From the IMG/VR virus record IMGVR_UViG_3300017788_000014, positions 15,682 to 79,681 of that record: a stretch of DNA of 64,000 bases; one strand, written 5' to 3'. Source of the stretch: a virus. The notes beneath the pieces were generated by a model. That model saw nothing but the letters and a program-made list of their open reading frames with translations, was not told the origin of the DNA and ran no database searches. Both the position numbers and the translations under genes were made by a program. Positions within the stretch are counted from its first letter, which is position 1. Each line of letters starts with the position of its first letter. This document shows, in pieces, positions 47,919 through 58,809 of this stretch.

Positions 47919-48650
47919 ATGGCGGATGGAGCCGCTGCCTGTGTGTGCGTTTTGTTTTACGGCGCTGACGACTATTGTTATCGGCTTGCGCGCCGTGTGT
48001 TAAACGATGAAATGTGTCAGTTTGCACAAACGCATCCCGACATTGACTTTCGTTTTGGTTTAAACGCATCTAGTGACGCCATCCGTTATTTTGTACGGCA
48101 TCGAAGTCTCCAGTATTTTCCTGACGCCGTCATCGTCGATTGTCAGGAAAACATTTACAAGTATCCGATGATGCGTCGATTATTTCAGTCGCGTAAAATT
48201 TCAGCCGATATTGTGATGTGGTTCGATGACGACTCGTGTATTGAACCCGGCACCGATGTCAAAACATGGTTTGCGCGTCTTCAACGGCAAATCTCCGGTT
48301 GTGACGTCATCGGTTCGCGATACACAGCGCGTTTTCCTAAAGAACACGCCGATTGGATTGCCGCGCAAACGTGGTATGCGCAGAAGCCGTTCAGTTCGTA
48401 TGTGGCATACGCAACTGGCGGCTGGTGGGTTGCAAAAACAGACATACTGCAGCAGTTTGGCTGGCCGCCACCTGATTTACAGCAAAAACAAGGCGATGTT
48501 TTATTCGGCGAATTATGTCGACAACAGAGTTTGTCGTTACAACATTTTCGTGACAATGTCTGGATCAACGCAAACGAAGAAGGCGTTGAATCTTCAGTTA
48601 CAAGGAAAAAATCCTACAATGACAAAGTTAGAACAGTCCATGGTCGGTAA
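47919..48650 (+). CDS. GT-A fold glycosyltransferase-like protein
   Basis: VMWFDDDS DxD-type motif, ATGGWW, GDVLFGE. Confidence 0.6.
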   Translation: MADGAAACVCVLFYGADDYCYRLARRVLNDEMCQFAQTHPDIDFRFGLNASSDAIRYFVRHRSLQYFPDAVIVDCQENIYKYPMMRRLFQSRKISADIVMWFDDDSCIEPGTDVKTWFARLQRQISGCDVIGSRYTARFPKEHADWIAAQTWYAQKPFSSYVAYATGGWWVAKTDILQQFGWPPPDLQQKQGDVLFGELCRQQSLSLQHFRDNVWINANEEGVESSVTRKKSYNDKVRTVHGR

Positions 48651-48852
48651 GCGTGTTCGGCTCGTATCTCCGATGGTGAATCCCGATTCGCAGTGGAAAC
48701 CGGTCGAAGACGAAATGCCGGCCGGGCTAGAGGGTACGATTTACGCCGTCAACAGTTCCGGGCCAGTTGAGTATCACCAATTAAGCGTACGGTGGGATAA
48801 CGGCCGTACGCTCGCCCTTTTACCCCACGACACGTTTCAAATTTTGAATTAA
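48619..48852 (+). CDS. DUF4314-like small protein
   Basis: GKRVRLV...PAGLEGTI...VRWDNGRTLALLP.D. Confidence 0.75.
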   Translation: MTKLEQSMVGKRVRLVSPMVNPDSQWKPVEDEMPAGLEGTIYAVNSSGPVEYHQLSVRWDNGRTLALLPHDTFQILN

Positions 48853-48870
48853 ACCGCGACATAACTCGAT

Positions 48871-49281
48871 ATGCGCACAAAAATTCTGCGACTGGACCTC
48901 GATCGAACGGCGGCAAACTGGCCGCCAGACGAGCCGTTTTCTCCGGCTGTCGTGTTGCCCAAACGCGGCGATCCGACGCGGTTTTTTGTGCTCGACGCGC
49001 CGTTAGTTATAGACGTGCCGCCGGTGTGGGCCGACAATTTGCGGGACCGCTATTTGCGCATTCCGTTGTTCAAATATCGGTTGCCGTTCGAAGTTGACGC
49101 CGCTTTCGCGCGAGTTTTTGAAATGGCTGTAGCCTGTGTCGGAACGCTGCATTCTTCGGTTGAAAACCTCTATTTAGTCACGGGTTTTCCTGTTGACTTA
49201 GTCGACGCCGGCGATGACAATATTGGCGCGCATTATCTAGACTACTGGTTTGGTCTGGCGCTTTCGTTAAAGGATAGATAA
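48871..49281 (+). CDS. hypothetical protein
   Basis: 136 aa ORF. Confidence 0.65.
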   Translation: MRTKILRLDLDRTAANWPPDEPFSPAVVLPKRGDPTRFFVLDAPLVIDVPPVWADNLRDRYLRIPLFKYRLPFEVDAAFARVFEMAVACVGTLHSSVENLYLVTGFPVDLVDAGDDNIGAHYLDYWFGLALSLKDR

Positions 49282-49284
49282 GCC

Positions 49285-49890
49285 ATGACAAAGACAACGA
49301 TTATTGACGCGCCTTCGGTACCGGTTTCGAACAGCGGCTCCGCAAGCGTGCCGGTTAAACTCGATACATCAGCATTGTCGAAAGCCATTCAATCGGTGAT
49401 CGAAGCAAATACGCCACCCGTGTCTGAGCAGCGCATTAATCCGGCGCAGTTCATTTTTGACGCCGGCCGCGCGATGACGGAAATCTACGCGGTTTACGAC
49501 AAACTGCGCATGATCGGCAAACACTTGAACGGCAAACTGGTGTCCGACAAGTTGCCGCCCGAATTGCAAATCGACGATATCACGATTAATTTTCGCACGG
49601 TGGAAAACGGCAAGACATCGGAACCGATATCTGTCGCGCTCAAGCATGTCAAAACAGTCGGCGATATTGCCGGACTGTTGTCCACGGAACTTGGCGCCGT
49701 AATTGCCACACTTCAAAGTGAGGTGGATCGCGTACTGGACATCGGCGCGCGAACCAAAGAACTCTGCGAAAAGTCGCGCAAGGCTTGGGAAGAGGCAAAT
49801 AAAGACAAGCGGATCGAAGAAACCACGCCGTCGTTGCAGGCAGAACCCGGCAGCGAACTCGCGGTCAGTCAAACAACAGCAGAATCATGA
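49285..49890 (+). CDS. hypothetical protein
   Basis: 201 aa ORF. Confidence 0.7.
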   Translation: MTKTTIIDAPSVPVSNSGSASVPVKLDTSALSKAIQSVIEANTPPVSEQRINPAQFIFDAGRAMTEIYAVYDKLRMIGKHLNGKLVSDKLPPELQIDDITINFRTVENGKTSEPISVALKHVKTVGDIAGLLSTELGAVIATLQSEVDRVLDIGARTKELCEKSRKAWEEANKDKRIEETTPSLQAEPGSELAVSQTTAES

Positions 49891-50720
49891 TTGTCAAAGG
49901 TTTTAATTACACACAACTAAAAACACGCCGAGACAAACTCACCACCGCACTGCACGACAATTATCTGGACGCCGTTGTCAGCGGGCCAACGCTGCACAGT
50001 ATCGCCGATACGGTCATGGAAACCCTGCCGGTTTCGTGCTCGTCATCGGCGATATTTGATTCTGTACGGCTACTGGCCGGTACGCAATTGACGTATCGGG
50101 TAATTAAAGAGTTTTCTTGGCGTATGGCCGGTAATGTGGACCGACTAAATGTCGGCATAACTGTGTTGCCGTGGACGCAACAAACCGAAGATGAAATCGT
50201 GCCGGTGCTCATCGAAAACATTCAACACGCACGCCGCCGGCAGGATTTTGGTTTTACGTTGTCGTGTCGTGTGTTGGCCGGCACTCCCTGTCCGATGCTG
50301 TTTACGCAGTTTTTCTCTGCCAACAGTTGTCGCGCGATTGCGCGCGTTATTGGGTTTTCTAACAATTCGTCTGGCCCGCATCAATATTCGGGACTGGGGC
50401 TACACTTTCACAATTTGATGTTTTTTGCGCACATTGATGCGGCTGAAAGTCGCTCACAGCCGGTGTTTCATAAAGTCAGTGTCAGTTCCGGCATGTTGCG
50501 GCAGAACAAATTGCTCTTGGACGTACGTTGCCGCAATAAACCGTGTCCGCAAAATTTCAGCCATCCTTGTGCAAATTGTCATGTCGGCTACACTGATTGC
50601 CGATACGGCGTGCACCGCACAACGTACGTGGCGCGCTACTGTCGAAATTGCGACTCCGAATCCTACTTCGATCCTGAGCATCCAAATATAGTGTGCATGA
50701 AGTGCGCTAAAAGTATTTAA
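49887..50720 (+). CDS. hypothetical protein with Cys-rich zinc-binding C-terminus
   Basis: CP...CANC...C...CRNC...CMKC. Confidence 0.7.
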   Translation: MIVKGFNYTQLKTRRDKLTTALHDNYLDAVVSGPTLHSIADTVMETLPVSCSSSAIFDSVRLLAGTQLTYRVIKEFSWRMAGNVDRLNVGITVLPWTQQTEDEIVPVLIENIQHARRRQDFGFTLSCRVLAGTPCPMLFTQFFSANSCRAIARVIGFSNNSSGPHQYSGLGLHFHNLMFFAHIDAAESRSQPVFHKVSVSSGMLRQNKLLLDVRCRNKPCPQNFSHPCANCHVGYTDCRYGVHRTTYVARYCRNCDSESYFDPEHPNIVCMKCAKSI

Positions 50721-50732
50721 GCAGGAGGCTTT

Positions 50733-51395
50733 ATGAGCGGTATAGGTTTTCGCCCCAAAGGCGTCGCGGCGCCGATGTATAATCCTGAGCGGGATTACGC
50801 GTATATCACGCCCACACTCATGCGGGCCGCGATCGAAAATCTTGATTCTGACGACGATGAAATTCGTGCGTGGCGTTCCGATCATGGTATTTCGGACGCC
50901 GCCATTGCCGCCGCTGCGACGTCGCTGGCGGAGGCTCAGCGTGATTTCGTCAACGCCGTTGATCCAGTAGCCAGTTTCGAGCAGGCGCTGGCTCGACGCA
51001 ATTTTGCTTCATTGCCTTTTGTTGTGCGGCAATTTTTATTCGCCAGCGTGGGCTATGTCTTTTGCGCAGCGTGGTTTCAGGCCGTGCGCGAAGTCTCGAT
51101 TGTCGGCGAAGAATCGCCCGCCGCCGGCGACATGGCGCGATTTGCGGCGGTCGTCGCCGCGTTTGCGCAGAAATCTGTCGGCCCGCCAATTCCCTGTGCG
51201 GAAACGGTTGAGACCTTGAAGTTCAAAAATGACGTGTTAGCATCGCGCGTGTCTGTTTTGTTGACACAACTCGAAGCCTACCGAGACGCGCAACAACTAG
51301 CCGATTTACGCGAACAATTGCGACAAGATGAAAAATCAAAATCGTTTTATGCGCGAATTTTTTCGGCGTGTCAGAACTTTTTCAGGAGTAAGTGA
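50733..51395 (+). CDS. hypothetical protein
   Basis: AGGAGG RBS, 220 aa. Confidence 0.7.
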   Translation: MSGIGFRPKGVAAPMYNPERDYAYITPTLMRAAIENLDSDDDEIRAWRSDHGISDAAIAAAATSLAEAQRDFVNAVDPVASFEQALARRNFASLPFVVRQFLFASVGYVFCAAWFQAVREVSIVGEESPAAGDMARFAAVVAAFAQKSVGPPIPCAETVETLKFKNDVLASRVSVLLTQLEAYRDAQQLADLREQLRQDEKSKSFYARIFSACQNFFRSK

Positions 51396-52043
51396 ATGCC
51401 GAAATATCGCATGTATAAAGACCCCGAGGCTTTTGCCCCCAAACTTAAGGCGAAAGATAAACGGGTCATTCGGTTCTTAGGACTCGATTTGGGCAGCAAT
51501 TGCGGCGTGGCGATTTATGACTACGTGCCCAATCAGGGTTTGCTGAAAGAAAAACTGCAGTTGTTTCAGTGGGATTTGTCGCCACAGGGTTTAGAATCCG
51601 GCGCGGCACGATTTGTGCGCCTGCGCAGTTTTTTAAACGTCGTCAATCCCGACGTCATTGGCTACGAAGACGTCAAATATTCGCCGCCAAAAGAGTTTTT
51701 CGTCAATAAGAAATTCGGCATTCCCGCTGTGCTTTCGCGCGTCGCCACGGCTTCAGAAGTGCTCGGCGGCATGAAAGTGACTGTCGCTACGTGGGCCGAA
51801 GAGGGCGGTTTAATCTCGAACGGATTCGGCATCGCGACCATTAAAAAATACGCGACCGGTAGCGGAAAAGCCAGCAAAGACGATATGATTGCAGCGGCGA
51901 ATCGCGTGCTGGGCTCGTCATTCGACCAGTCCAAGTATAAACTCACAGGCATTGATAACGTCGTGGACGCGGCGTTTATTCTTTTGTTGTTGTTGCATCG
52001 AACGCAGGCGGGTATTGGCCATGTCCGACAACCCCCAGCCTAA
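51396..52043 (+). CDS. RuvC-like Holliday junction resolvase
   Basis: LGLDLGS, GYEDV, IKKYATGSGKASKDDM, DNVVDA. Confidence 0.85.
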   Translation: MPKYRMYKDPEAFAPKLKAKDKRVIRFLGLDLGSNCGVAIYDYVPNQGLLKEKLQLFQWDLSPQGLESGAARFVRLRSFLNVVNPDVIGYEDVKYSPPKEFFVNKKFGIPAVLSRVATASEVLGGMKVTVATWAEEGGLISNGFGIATIKKYATGSGKASKDDMIAAANRVLGSSFDQSKYKLTGIDNVVDAAFILLLLLHRTQAGIGHVRQPPA

Positions 52044-52689
52044 ACGCATCTTGTCGGATGTTTTCCAGACCGCGGAAAACATTCACAATGCTGACCCAAC
52101 GCCGCGGCTGTCATGCGCCGATGTGCTCCGCAATCGGCAACCAGAAGTGGCATTATTCACGCCGGCGCTGTTGGTCACGCACGGAAACTTTGATCGTGAC
52201 CCCGTCGTCGAATTTGCAGCGCGGTTTCCGGCGTCTAAACAATTGCAGCCATTCTGTATTGAACTGACACAACCCGAAGAATTTTTTTTTGAGGGTTTAG
52301 GCGTAAAAGCCGTCGGTCAAAAAACGACGCCGGTGCGCTGGGATCGTCGGCTGTACGCAATTGACATCGCGCGCAAAGACGAGTGTTTCGCGTTTTTAAA
52401 TGGCATCGCTTTTTCTGATCCCAAAAACGGATTTTTTGCAAGTACATTTTCTTACGACATGATGATTCCGGACCCGACGTCGAAACGCCAAGAAATGTTG
52501 CCTGTCACCGTGTTTGGTGTTCTAGCCAATAAATTTGTTGCGCTGTTTCGTTCACGGCCGTTTCGCTGTCCGATTGCCGTAAACATACCTATGAATTCGC
52601 AAATTTCTGCCGCACAATTTTTGGGCAAACAATATGGCATTTTTGTGCCCGGCAAGTTTTATGACCCCATTGAGCAGCGTGACTTATGA
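52021..52689 (+). CDS. hypothetical protein
   Basis: ORF MSDNPQP... Confidence 0.65.
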   Translation: MSDNPQPKRILSDVFQTAENIHNADPTPRLSCADVLRNRQPEVALFTPALLVTHGNFDRDPVVEFAARFPASKQLQPFCIELTQPEEFFFEGLGVKAVGQKTTPVRWDRRLYAIDIARKDECFAFLNGIAFSDPKNGFFASTFSYDMMIPDPTSKRQEMLPVTVFGVLANKFVALFRSRPFRCPIAVNIPMNSQISAAQFLGKQYGIFVPGKFYDPIEQRDL

Positions 52690-53114
52690 GCACCGAAAAC
52701 CTTCCGCCGACACTGCCTGACATCAAATACTACGCCGCCGTGTTGACATCAACCGGAGCATTAGAGACGCGGAGTTTTGACACACCTGAAGCCCTCGCCG
52801 ATTATCTGCGCGAACTCGTTGACCATGACGTATCGGTGGCGTGTTTTGCCGGTACAAAATTGGGAATATCGAAGCCGCCGTTTCGGCACTTAATTACGCC
52901 GTGGGGTTCACAGCCGTTGTTCGCGCAGCAACCAGTCGATCTTGAAGAGGACACGAGCGGTTATCTCGGTCTCGATCCGGTACACCTAGAAGCGCCGCCG
53001 ACAATTAATGTTCAACCGTCGCAGGCCGCCGTCGCCGAGGATGAGTTTTTCTCTGACGACAATGACGACACTTTGGACATTTTTAGCAGCGCACTTCCCG
53101 ATCCGGAAGACTAA
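52686..53114 (+). CDS. hypothetical protein
   Basis: ATGA overlap, acidic tail. Confidence 0.7.
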   Translation: MSTENLPPTLPDIKYYAAVLTSTGALETRSFDTPEALADYLRELVDHDVSVACFAGTKLGISKPPFRHLITPWGSQPLFAQQPVDLEEDTSGYLGLDPVHLEAPPTINVQPSQAAVAEDEFFSDDNDDTLDIFSSALPDPED

Positions 53115-53385
53115 ATTTTTGGCAATAGCCCGGCATATTACTGTGTCACGCTTTTTGTATTGCGTGACGTTCAACGTAGGAGAAAAGGCATGCGAGTGGT
53201 CATGTTTCGGGGATACGCGGTGAAACGACAACGGAAAATTGCGCCCGATAAAATCGAGTTGCGCTTTTTTACGCGCGGCCCGCTTGTGGTTACTCCGCAA
53301 GAATGGGACGCCGAGAAAGAGAATAGGTATTACGACAATAATGTAAGTCGTAAGAATGTTGTACGCGCACTCTGAGAGAGTTTCG

Positions 53386-54450
53386 ATGCAAATCCCTACA
53401 ACACAAAACAACAATACGAATACGCGGAGGCCGCGTATGTCCAGCCGCGCAGCGGCAGTTATTCGGCAGCAGCGAAAATTGCTGTCGCGGTTTAATTCCG
53501 TGGCGCAATATCTTGACGGCGTTGGTGCCGCCATGTGGTTGCCGGGCGTCGGACAGACGTTCGAGCGGCCGATTCGCGCCACGCAGGGTCTCGCCGCCCG
53601 AGGCGTGCGCCCCGTCTTGCTGACACTTGAGTGTCGCGACGACGTGCTGGCGCTAACCGGCGCCGTCAGCCGTTTGCGCAACGGCAATATGCATTACGAG
53701 AGAATTTTCGATTACGATTTTAATCTCGTCATGCGCCCCCGAGGCGGCAAGCGGGTGTTGCCGGCGAATAATGCCGTGCTGGCGCGGCGCGCGAACGACC
53801 TGCTGGCGGCGCTCGTAAACTGCGGGCGCGACATCGCCCGCGGTTTAACGCCGGAAATTGATCGGCTGCAATTTCCGGCTTTGCGCCGCACCGCCGAATC
53901 CGGCGGGGATATTGTCGCCGAAGACTACACCGCGTTGCTCGGTATGGAGATTGTAAATCCATTGACTGAAACAGCGGGTGTGGAAATGACAGCCGACAAT
54001 CCGGCGGAAAAAGTCTTCGCGCGCGCAGGATTGTCTTGCGCGGATTTTGAGCGCGTCGATCAGGGAACTGTCGACGCTCTCGTCGCCGAGTTTCGCGGAC
54101 TGCTCGGCGAGCAAATCGCGCCGCACGTCGCCGACGAAGACGCGTACGCGGCATTTGTGTCGCCGCATCTGCCGCTGCGCGTGCGTATGCGCGTAGACGA
54201 CGCATTAAACGTCGACGAAAACGCTGTCGCGACGTTGATGCGGACGATGCTGCCGTTCAGGTGGCGGACGGTTGCGACGCGGAATGAGTTGCTGGCCGCA
54301 GCGCGCAACATGACGTCGCATGTGCGGCTGATGCGGTTGTCGCGCGTGCAACTCTTTGACGCTTATTTGTCGTCAGAGTTGCCCGAGGGATTTTCCGGCA
54401 TGCCGCTGCGGACAGCGAGCACGCCGCAAGTCTCGGCGCTGCCGGCCTAA
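53386..54450 (+). CDS. hypothetical protein
   Basis: About 354 aa ORF. Confidence 0.7.
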   Translation: MQIPTTQNNNTNTRRPRMSSRAAAVIRQQRKLLSRFNSVAQYLDGVGAAMWLPGVGQTFERPIRATQGLAARGVRPVLLTLECRDDVLALTGAVSRLRNGNMHYERIFDYDFNLVMRPRGGKRVLPANNAVLARRANDLLAALVNCGRDIARGLTPEIDRLQFPALRRTAESGGDIVAEDYTALLGMEIVNPLTETAGVEMTADNPAEKVFARAGLSCADFERVDQGTVDALVAEFRGLLGEQIAPHVADEDAYAAFVSPHLPLRVRMRVDDALNVDENAVATLMRTMLPFRWRTVATRNELLAAARNMTSHVRLMRLSRVQLFDAYLSSELPEGFSGMPLRTASTPQVSALPA

Positions 54451-54465
54451 TTTTGTCGGACTGAC

Positions 54466-54732
54466 ATGCGCTACCTACTAAAGCCAGATGAGCCGGTGCT
54501 GGAGTGGTTGTTAAATTTTGACGACCAACCCAGCGTTCTACCGACTTTTCCGGCGGACGCAGATCATGCGTTGGTGGTAGCGCAGTTGCTGTCCGGCAAC
54601 GTGTTCGCAGAGGTAATCCCCGCTGCCGATGATGTCGCAAGCATCGTCGGCGGCGGGGTGCCTCTGGGACGCCTGTATTTCCAAATTCCCAAAAAAGCGG
54701 TATACAGTGTCTGTCCAAATGCTGACATTTAG
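54466..54732 (+). CDS. hypothetical protein
   Basis: 88 aa ORF. Confidence 0.65.
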   Translation: MRYLLKPDEPVLEWLLNFDDQPSVLPTFPADADHALVVAQLLSGNVFAEVIPAADDVASIVGGGVPLGRLYFQIPKKAVYSVCPNADI

Positions 54733-54769
54733 TACCGCGCCGTGTTTTTTTTAGATATCAGGTGTATTC

Positions 54770-55654
54770 ATGTATCTCGATCCAGCCGCTGAAAAATTGT
54801 CCAACGGGCGCAGCATGTCGGAGTTAATGCGTCCAAGCGGTCATGGACTGCGCGGTGTCATTATCGGTAAAGCCGGTCCGGGAGGCGCACCGCTGAACTT
54901 CAATCCTCACGACCTTTCGAAAGTAGAGATCAACATTGAGCCCGACAATCCAAATGGTTTGAAATGCAATATGGGCCAGATTACAAAAGAGCACGTCACG
55001 GCCGCAATTACCGCTGCGCGGCAGAAAGTTGCCGGTAACGATATTCATGCTATTCGCGAGCGGGCGGCAGTGACGTTTGAAGAATTGGCGAAAATGGGAA
55101 ACTCTGGTGTCCGCCGCGCGAAAGTTGCGTCCGCGCCGGCGATTCCGCCACCCGTGCCGTCGCAAAAAGAGATCGAGTCGCGAGGATTTTCGCAGGAAAA
55201 CTCACGCCGTCCGCCGTTAGAAAAAATTGATCGGGGTTATAGTCCGCTGAGCGCTTTTGGCATGAAAAAGAAACCAACATCGTCGCAACCCGCTCCACTG
55301 CCGCCGATTGACGACAAGGTCGCGGCGCCGCAAAAACTCGTTTACTTTGAAAAAGAAGGCATCGGTACGGTGCCGGCGTTTTTTCACGACATTATTGTTA
55401 TCACAAACGCCGAAAACGAAGATGACCTCGAAGAAACCGGGTTCATGGTTTTAATTTACGATTTGCGTTTTGAGCAGAATGCCGCCCGTTGGTTTCCGCC
55501 CGCCAACGACCCTTATGGACGACCGTGGGCTGTGCAAATTCATGACGATTCTCGGCTGTATCTTGTACAAACAACGGGTTTTCAGTATGTTTATGACGAT
55601 CGTGAATACTGTATACTGGCAGTAGAGCGGGCTGTTTTTGCAAGTGGAGCGTGA
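54770..55654 (+). CDS. hypothetical protein
   Basis: 294 aa ORF upstream of probable portal. Confidence 0.7.
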   Translation: MYLDPAAEKLSNGRSMSELMRPSGHGLRGVIIGKAGPGGAPLNFNPHDLSKVEINIEPDNPNGLKCNMGQITKEHVTAAITAARQKVAGNDIHAIRERAAVTFEELAKMGNSGVRRAKVASAPAIPPPVPSQKEIESRGFSQENSRRPPLEKIDRGYSPLSAFGMKKKPTSSQPAPLPPIDDKVAAPQKLVYFEKEGIGTVPAFFHDIIVITNAENEDDLEETGFMVLIYDLRFEQNAARWFPPANDPYGRPWAVQIHDDSRLYLVQTTGFQYVYDDREYCILAVERAVFASGA

Positions 55655-55655
55655 C

Positions 55656-55811
55656 ATGGAAAAACGCGGCATTATCACACCGGAACACACGCCGCCGGAA
55701 TCTGACGCCAAATTGCCGACAAAAAATCCGCAAATTACCATTCAAGAATTGGATGCTGATTTTCGCAAACAGGCAGCGGCCGTAGTTGAAAAAAACGTAA
55801 AGAATACGTGA
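55656..55811 (+). CDS. small hypothetical protein
   Basis: 51 aa MEKRGIIT..., GGAG RBS, fills the gap. Confidence 0.55.
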   Translation: MEKRGIITPEHTPPESDAKLPTKNPQITIQELDADFRKQAAAVVEKNVKNT

Positions 55812-55818
55812 GGCCGTC

Positions 55819-57762
55819 GTGTCATTAACACCTACCGCATCTACGGGCTATAACTCGCTCGGCCGCGGCGTCCAATCTGACGAGCGTTTTCCAGACCCAT
55901 TCTGCGACATCGCCAGTCTGTCGATGCCGGAAAGTATTCAAACTGCCCTGCGGTGGTGTGAATACATTATGAACGCCAACGGGCCCTACCGGCAGGCGAT
56001 TGACCGCGTTGTGTCGTACTTTATTACCGATATCGAAGTTTACGACATTGACGACAAACGAACAGGCACAGAAGAAAAAGAAAAATTTCGTTCGTTTCTG
56101 GAAGACACGCTCGGCATCAAAAATGTGCTGCACACCATCGCCATGGATTACATGACGTACGGTAACTCGTTTACGAGTTTGTTGGTACCGTTCCGGCGCT
56201 ATCTTTCGTGCAAAAAATGTCATTTGGAAATGCCGCTGGACAAAGTGCACAACTCGGACCAATGCGCGTTCGCGTGGCAAAATTTTGAATTTCACGCCAC
56301 TTGCCCTAAGTGTAAAAATCGCGGACCGTGGCGGCATATCGATCGGCGCTCCGGTGATGCCGACAATGTGCACGTCAAACGCTGGAGTCCCCATGAAATT
56401 GATATTTTGTGGGACCCGTATACCGGCGAGTGTTCTTATGTGTGGAAAATACCCGCTGACTATCGTGCGTTGATCAAAGCCGGCCATTTGCATCATTTAG
56501 AGCGCGCCAGTTGGGAGGTAATACAGGCGATCAAAAACGAACAGAATTTAATGTTTGATAAGGGTGTCGTGTACCACCTAAAAGAAGACCCGTTGGCCGG
56601 CATGCGCAATCGCGGCTGGGGCATTTCTCGCGTTTTGACGAATTTTCGACAGGCGTGGTACGTGCAGATTTTGCATCGCTACAACGAGGCGATCGCGCTC
56701 GACTACATTATTCCATTTCGCGTGATCACGCCGGCCCCCCGCGGCGGCGATCAACAATCGTCTGATCCGGTGCACACGATCAATCTCTCTAGTTTTTCAT
56801 CGCGCGTGCAGTCGATGTTGCGCGCTCGACGTACTGATCCCGCGCGTTGGAATGTGCTGCCATTTCCAGTAAATTACCAATCCCTCGGCGGCGACGCGAC
56901 TACGTTGGCTCCGAGAGATTTGATGGACCAAGCGCTCGACACGTTGCTGAAATGTATCGGCATGCCCGTCGAGTTATTTAACGGTACGTTGTCGTTTCAA
57001 TCTGCGCCCGCCGCGCTGCGTTTATTCGAAGCAAATTGGGGGCACTTACCGCACAATCTGAATTCATTTTTGGGAAATCTTGTTGACGGCGTGTCCAACA
57101 TGATGTCGTGGGAGCCGATGGGTGTCCGTCTGACGCGCGTCACCCATGCTGACGACTTGAATCGGCAGATGGCGAAACTGCAACTCATGCAGGGGCAGCA
57201 AATCAGCAAGACGACAGGACTCAAGAGCGTCGGCATCGACTATCAAGAAGAAGTGCAGCAAATGCTGCAAGAGGAAAAAGTGTACGCAGAAGAACAGCAG
57301 CGTATGCAAGAAGAGATGGCGCAGGCGCAGCAAATGCAGGACCTCGCACAGTCGGCCGAAATGATGCAAGGGGCCGGCAATCCCGGCGCCGGCGCTACGG
57401 GCATGCCGCCGCCAGCCGGCGGTGCTCCGCCGCAACCAGCCCCGGGCGGCGCACCCGGTGGCGCACCACCGATGCCCGGACAGGCGCCCAGTGCCGTAGA
57501 TCAGTTTTTAATGCAGCGGCAGAATTCGCCAAATGTGCCGCGCACGCCTGAAGAACTGCAAATGCAGGCGCAACTGATCGCCAATCAATTGTTGTCAATG
57601 CCGGATGCGCTCAAAGACGCAGAATTGCTCAAACTGAAGCGCGCTGACGCAACAATGCACGCACTGGTAACAAGCATTATTGACGATATTCGCCAGCAGG
57701 CGCGGTCGCAGGGCGGCGCGATGGTTATGGCCCAGCAGTACGGTCAACCGGCACCGATGTAA
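55819..57762 (+). CDS. probable portal protein
   Basis: 647 aa; DYMTYGNSF, RGWGIS, CIGMPVELF portal-like segments; Q/P/G-rich C-terminal tail. Confidence 0.6.
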   Translation: MSLTPTASTGYNSLGRGVQSDERFPDPFCDIASLSMPESIQTALRWCEYIMNANGPYRQAIDRVVSYFITDIEVYDIDDKRTGTEEKEKFRSFLEDTLGIKNVLHTIAMDYMTYGNSFTSLLVPFRRYLSCKKCHLEMPLDKVHNSDQCAFAWQNFEFHATCPKCKNRGPWRHIDRRSGDADNVHVKRWSPHEIDILWDPYTGECSYVWKIPADYRALIKAGHLHHLERASWEVIQAIKNEQNLMFDKGVVYHLKEDPLAGMRNRGWGISRVLTNFRQAWYVQILHRYNEAIALDYIIPFRVITPAPRGGDQQSSDPVHTINLSSFSSRVQSMLRARRTDPARWNVLPFPVNYQSLGGDATTLAPRDLMDQALDTLLKCIGMPVELFNGTLSFQSAPAALRLFEANWGHLPHNLNSFLGNLVDGVSNMMSWEPMGVRLTRVTHADDLNRQMAKLQLMQGQQISKTTGLKSVGIDYQEEVQQMLQEEKVYAEEQQRMQEEMAQAQQMQDLAQSAEMMQGAGNPGAGATGMPPPAGGAPPQPAPGGAPGGAPPMPGQAPSAVDQFLMQRQNSPNVPRTPEELQMQAQLIANQLLSMPDALKDAELLKLKRADATMHALVTSIIDDIRQQARSQGGAMVMAQQYGQPAPM

Positions 57763-57765
57763 ATT

Positions 57766-58809
57766 ATGAATGTCGGCATTTACACGCATTACGCCCGCTG
57801 CGATCAGGCGTATCTTGCGCTACGATTGGCGGATTATGTCGGCGAGCAAGGCGCCGATTTTTCTATCTATTCGGACCAAGCGCCGGCCAAATTGCGCGTT
57901 GCGTACGATAACGTTGTGCGGCACAAGAAAAAAATTCGCTACACCGACTGGGCGAAAAAACACTCAGCGATTGTTTGGACGCACATTCCAAAAATTGAGC
58001 AGATTAACTACGCCAAACGTTGCGGTATTGTCACGGTGCTGGCGCCCATGTGGCAGGACATCGTGCCGCCGTTTAAAAAAACCATTCGGCAAGCGGATCA
58101 TTTAATTGCTTTGTCGGCCGAATGCCGTGACTTGTTTCAGACGATATACAAGTTCAAACACACAACGTTTATTCCATATGACGCCGGACTTCCTGCGGTA
58201 AAAAAAGACACGGAAGCCAATGCACAAAAAATTAAACTGCTGCTGCCGTGGTTTGATCGCAATGCGCGCTGCACGCAGCCAGATTTGCTGACGCATTTGC
58301 AGCGTATTTTGACGCGTATGCCGGAAGCGCATCTAACTGTTGTCATTAATTCGAGCCAGTTCGCCCCCTCGATCGCGAAATTTTTTCAGACGTTGTCGCG
58401 CAAAACGAACGGCCGCGTTGTGCTGCGCCGAAATATTGACGTCAACGCCCGGCCGGCGCTGTTCACCGCGCATGATTTGACCGTTTTCCCCGCCGAATGC
58501 GACAACTACGGCTATACGAACGCCCTGTCTATCAACTGCGGTACTCCCGTTTTAACACTCGGTGTGGCGCCGCAAACCGACGTTGTCAGTCCAAAAATGA
58601 ATGGCGTACTTGTCAGGACTAAGGTAGATTATGACGAAAATGGCGTACCCCACGCCGCTCCCAATTACGAACATTACACGGACGCATTACAAACGTTGAT
58701 CGCAGAACCGAAATACATTAACGCTATGAGCAAAAACATTACGCACAACTTCGCGGCGCGAAGGCGCGCATTTGAATTCGGTTGGCAGACGATCCTGCGA
58801 CTTGTGTGA
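57766..58809 (+). CDS. GT-B (GT4-like) glycosyltransferase
   Basis: HDLTVFPAECDNYGYTNALSINCGTPVL...NGVLV matches the GT4 nucleotide-binding region. Confidence 0.75.
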   Translation: MNVGIYTHYARCDQAYLALRLADYVGEQGADFSIYSDQAPAKLRVAYDNVVRHKKKIRYTDWAKKHSAIVWTHIPKIEQINYAKRCGIVTVLAPMWQDIVPPFKKTIRQADHLIALSAECRDLFQTIYKFKHTTFIPYDAGLPAVKKDTEANAQKIKLLLPWFDRNARCTQPDLLTHLQRILTRMPEAHLTVVINSSQFAPSIAKFFQTLSRKTNGRVVLRRNIDVNARPALFTAHDLTVFPAECDNYGYTNALSINCGTPVLTLGVAPQTDVVSPKMNGVLVRTKVDYDENGVPHAAPNYEHYTDALQTLIAEPKYINAMSKNITHNFAARRRAFEFGWQTILRLV

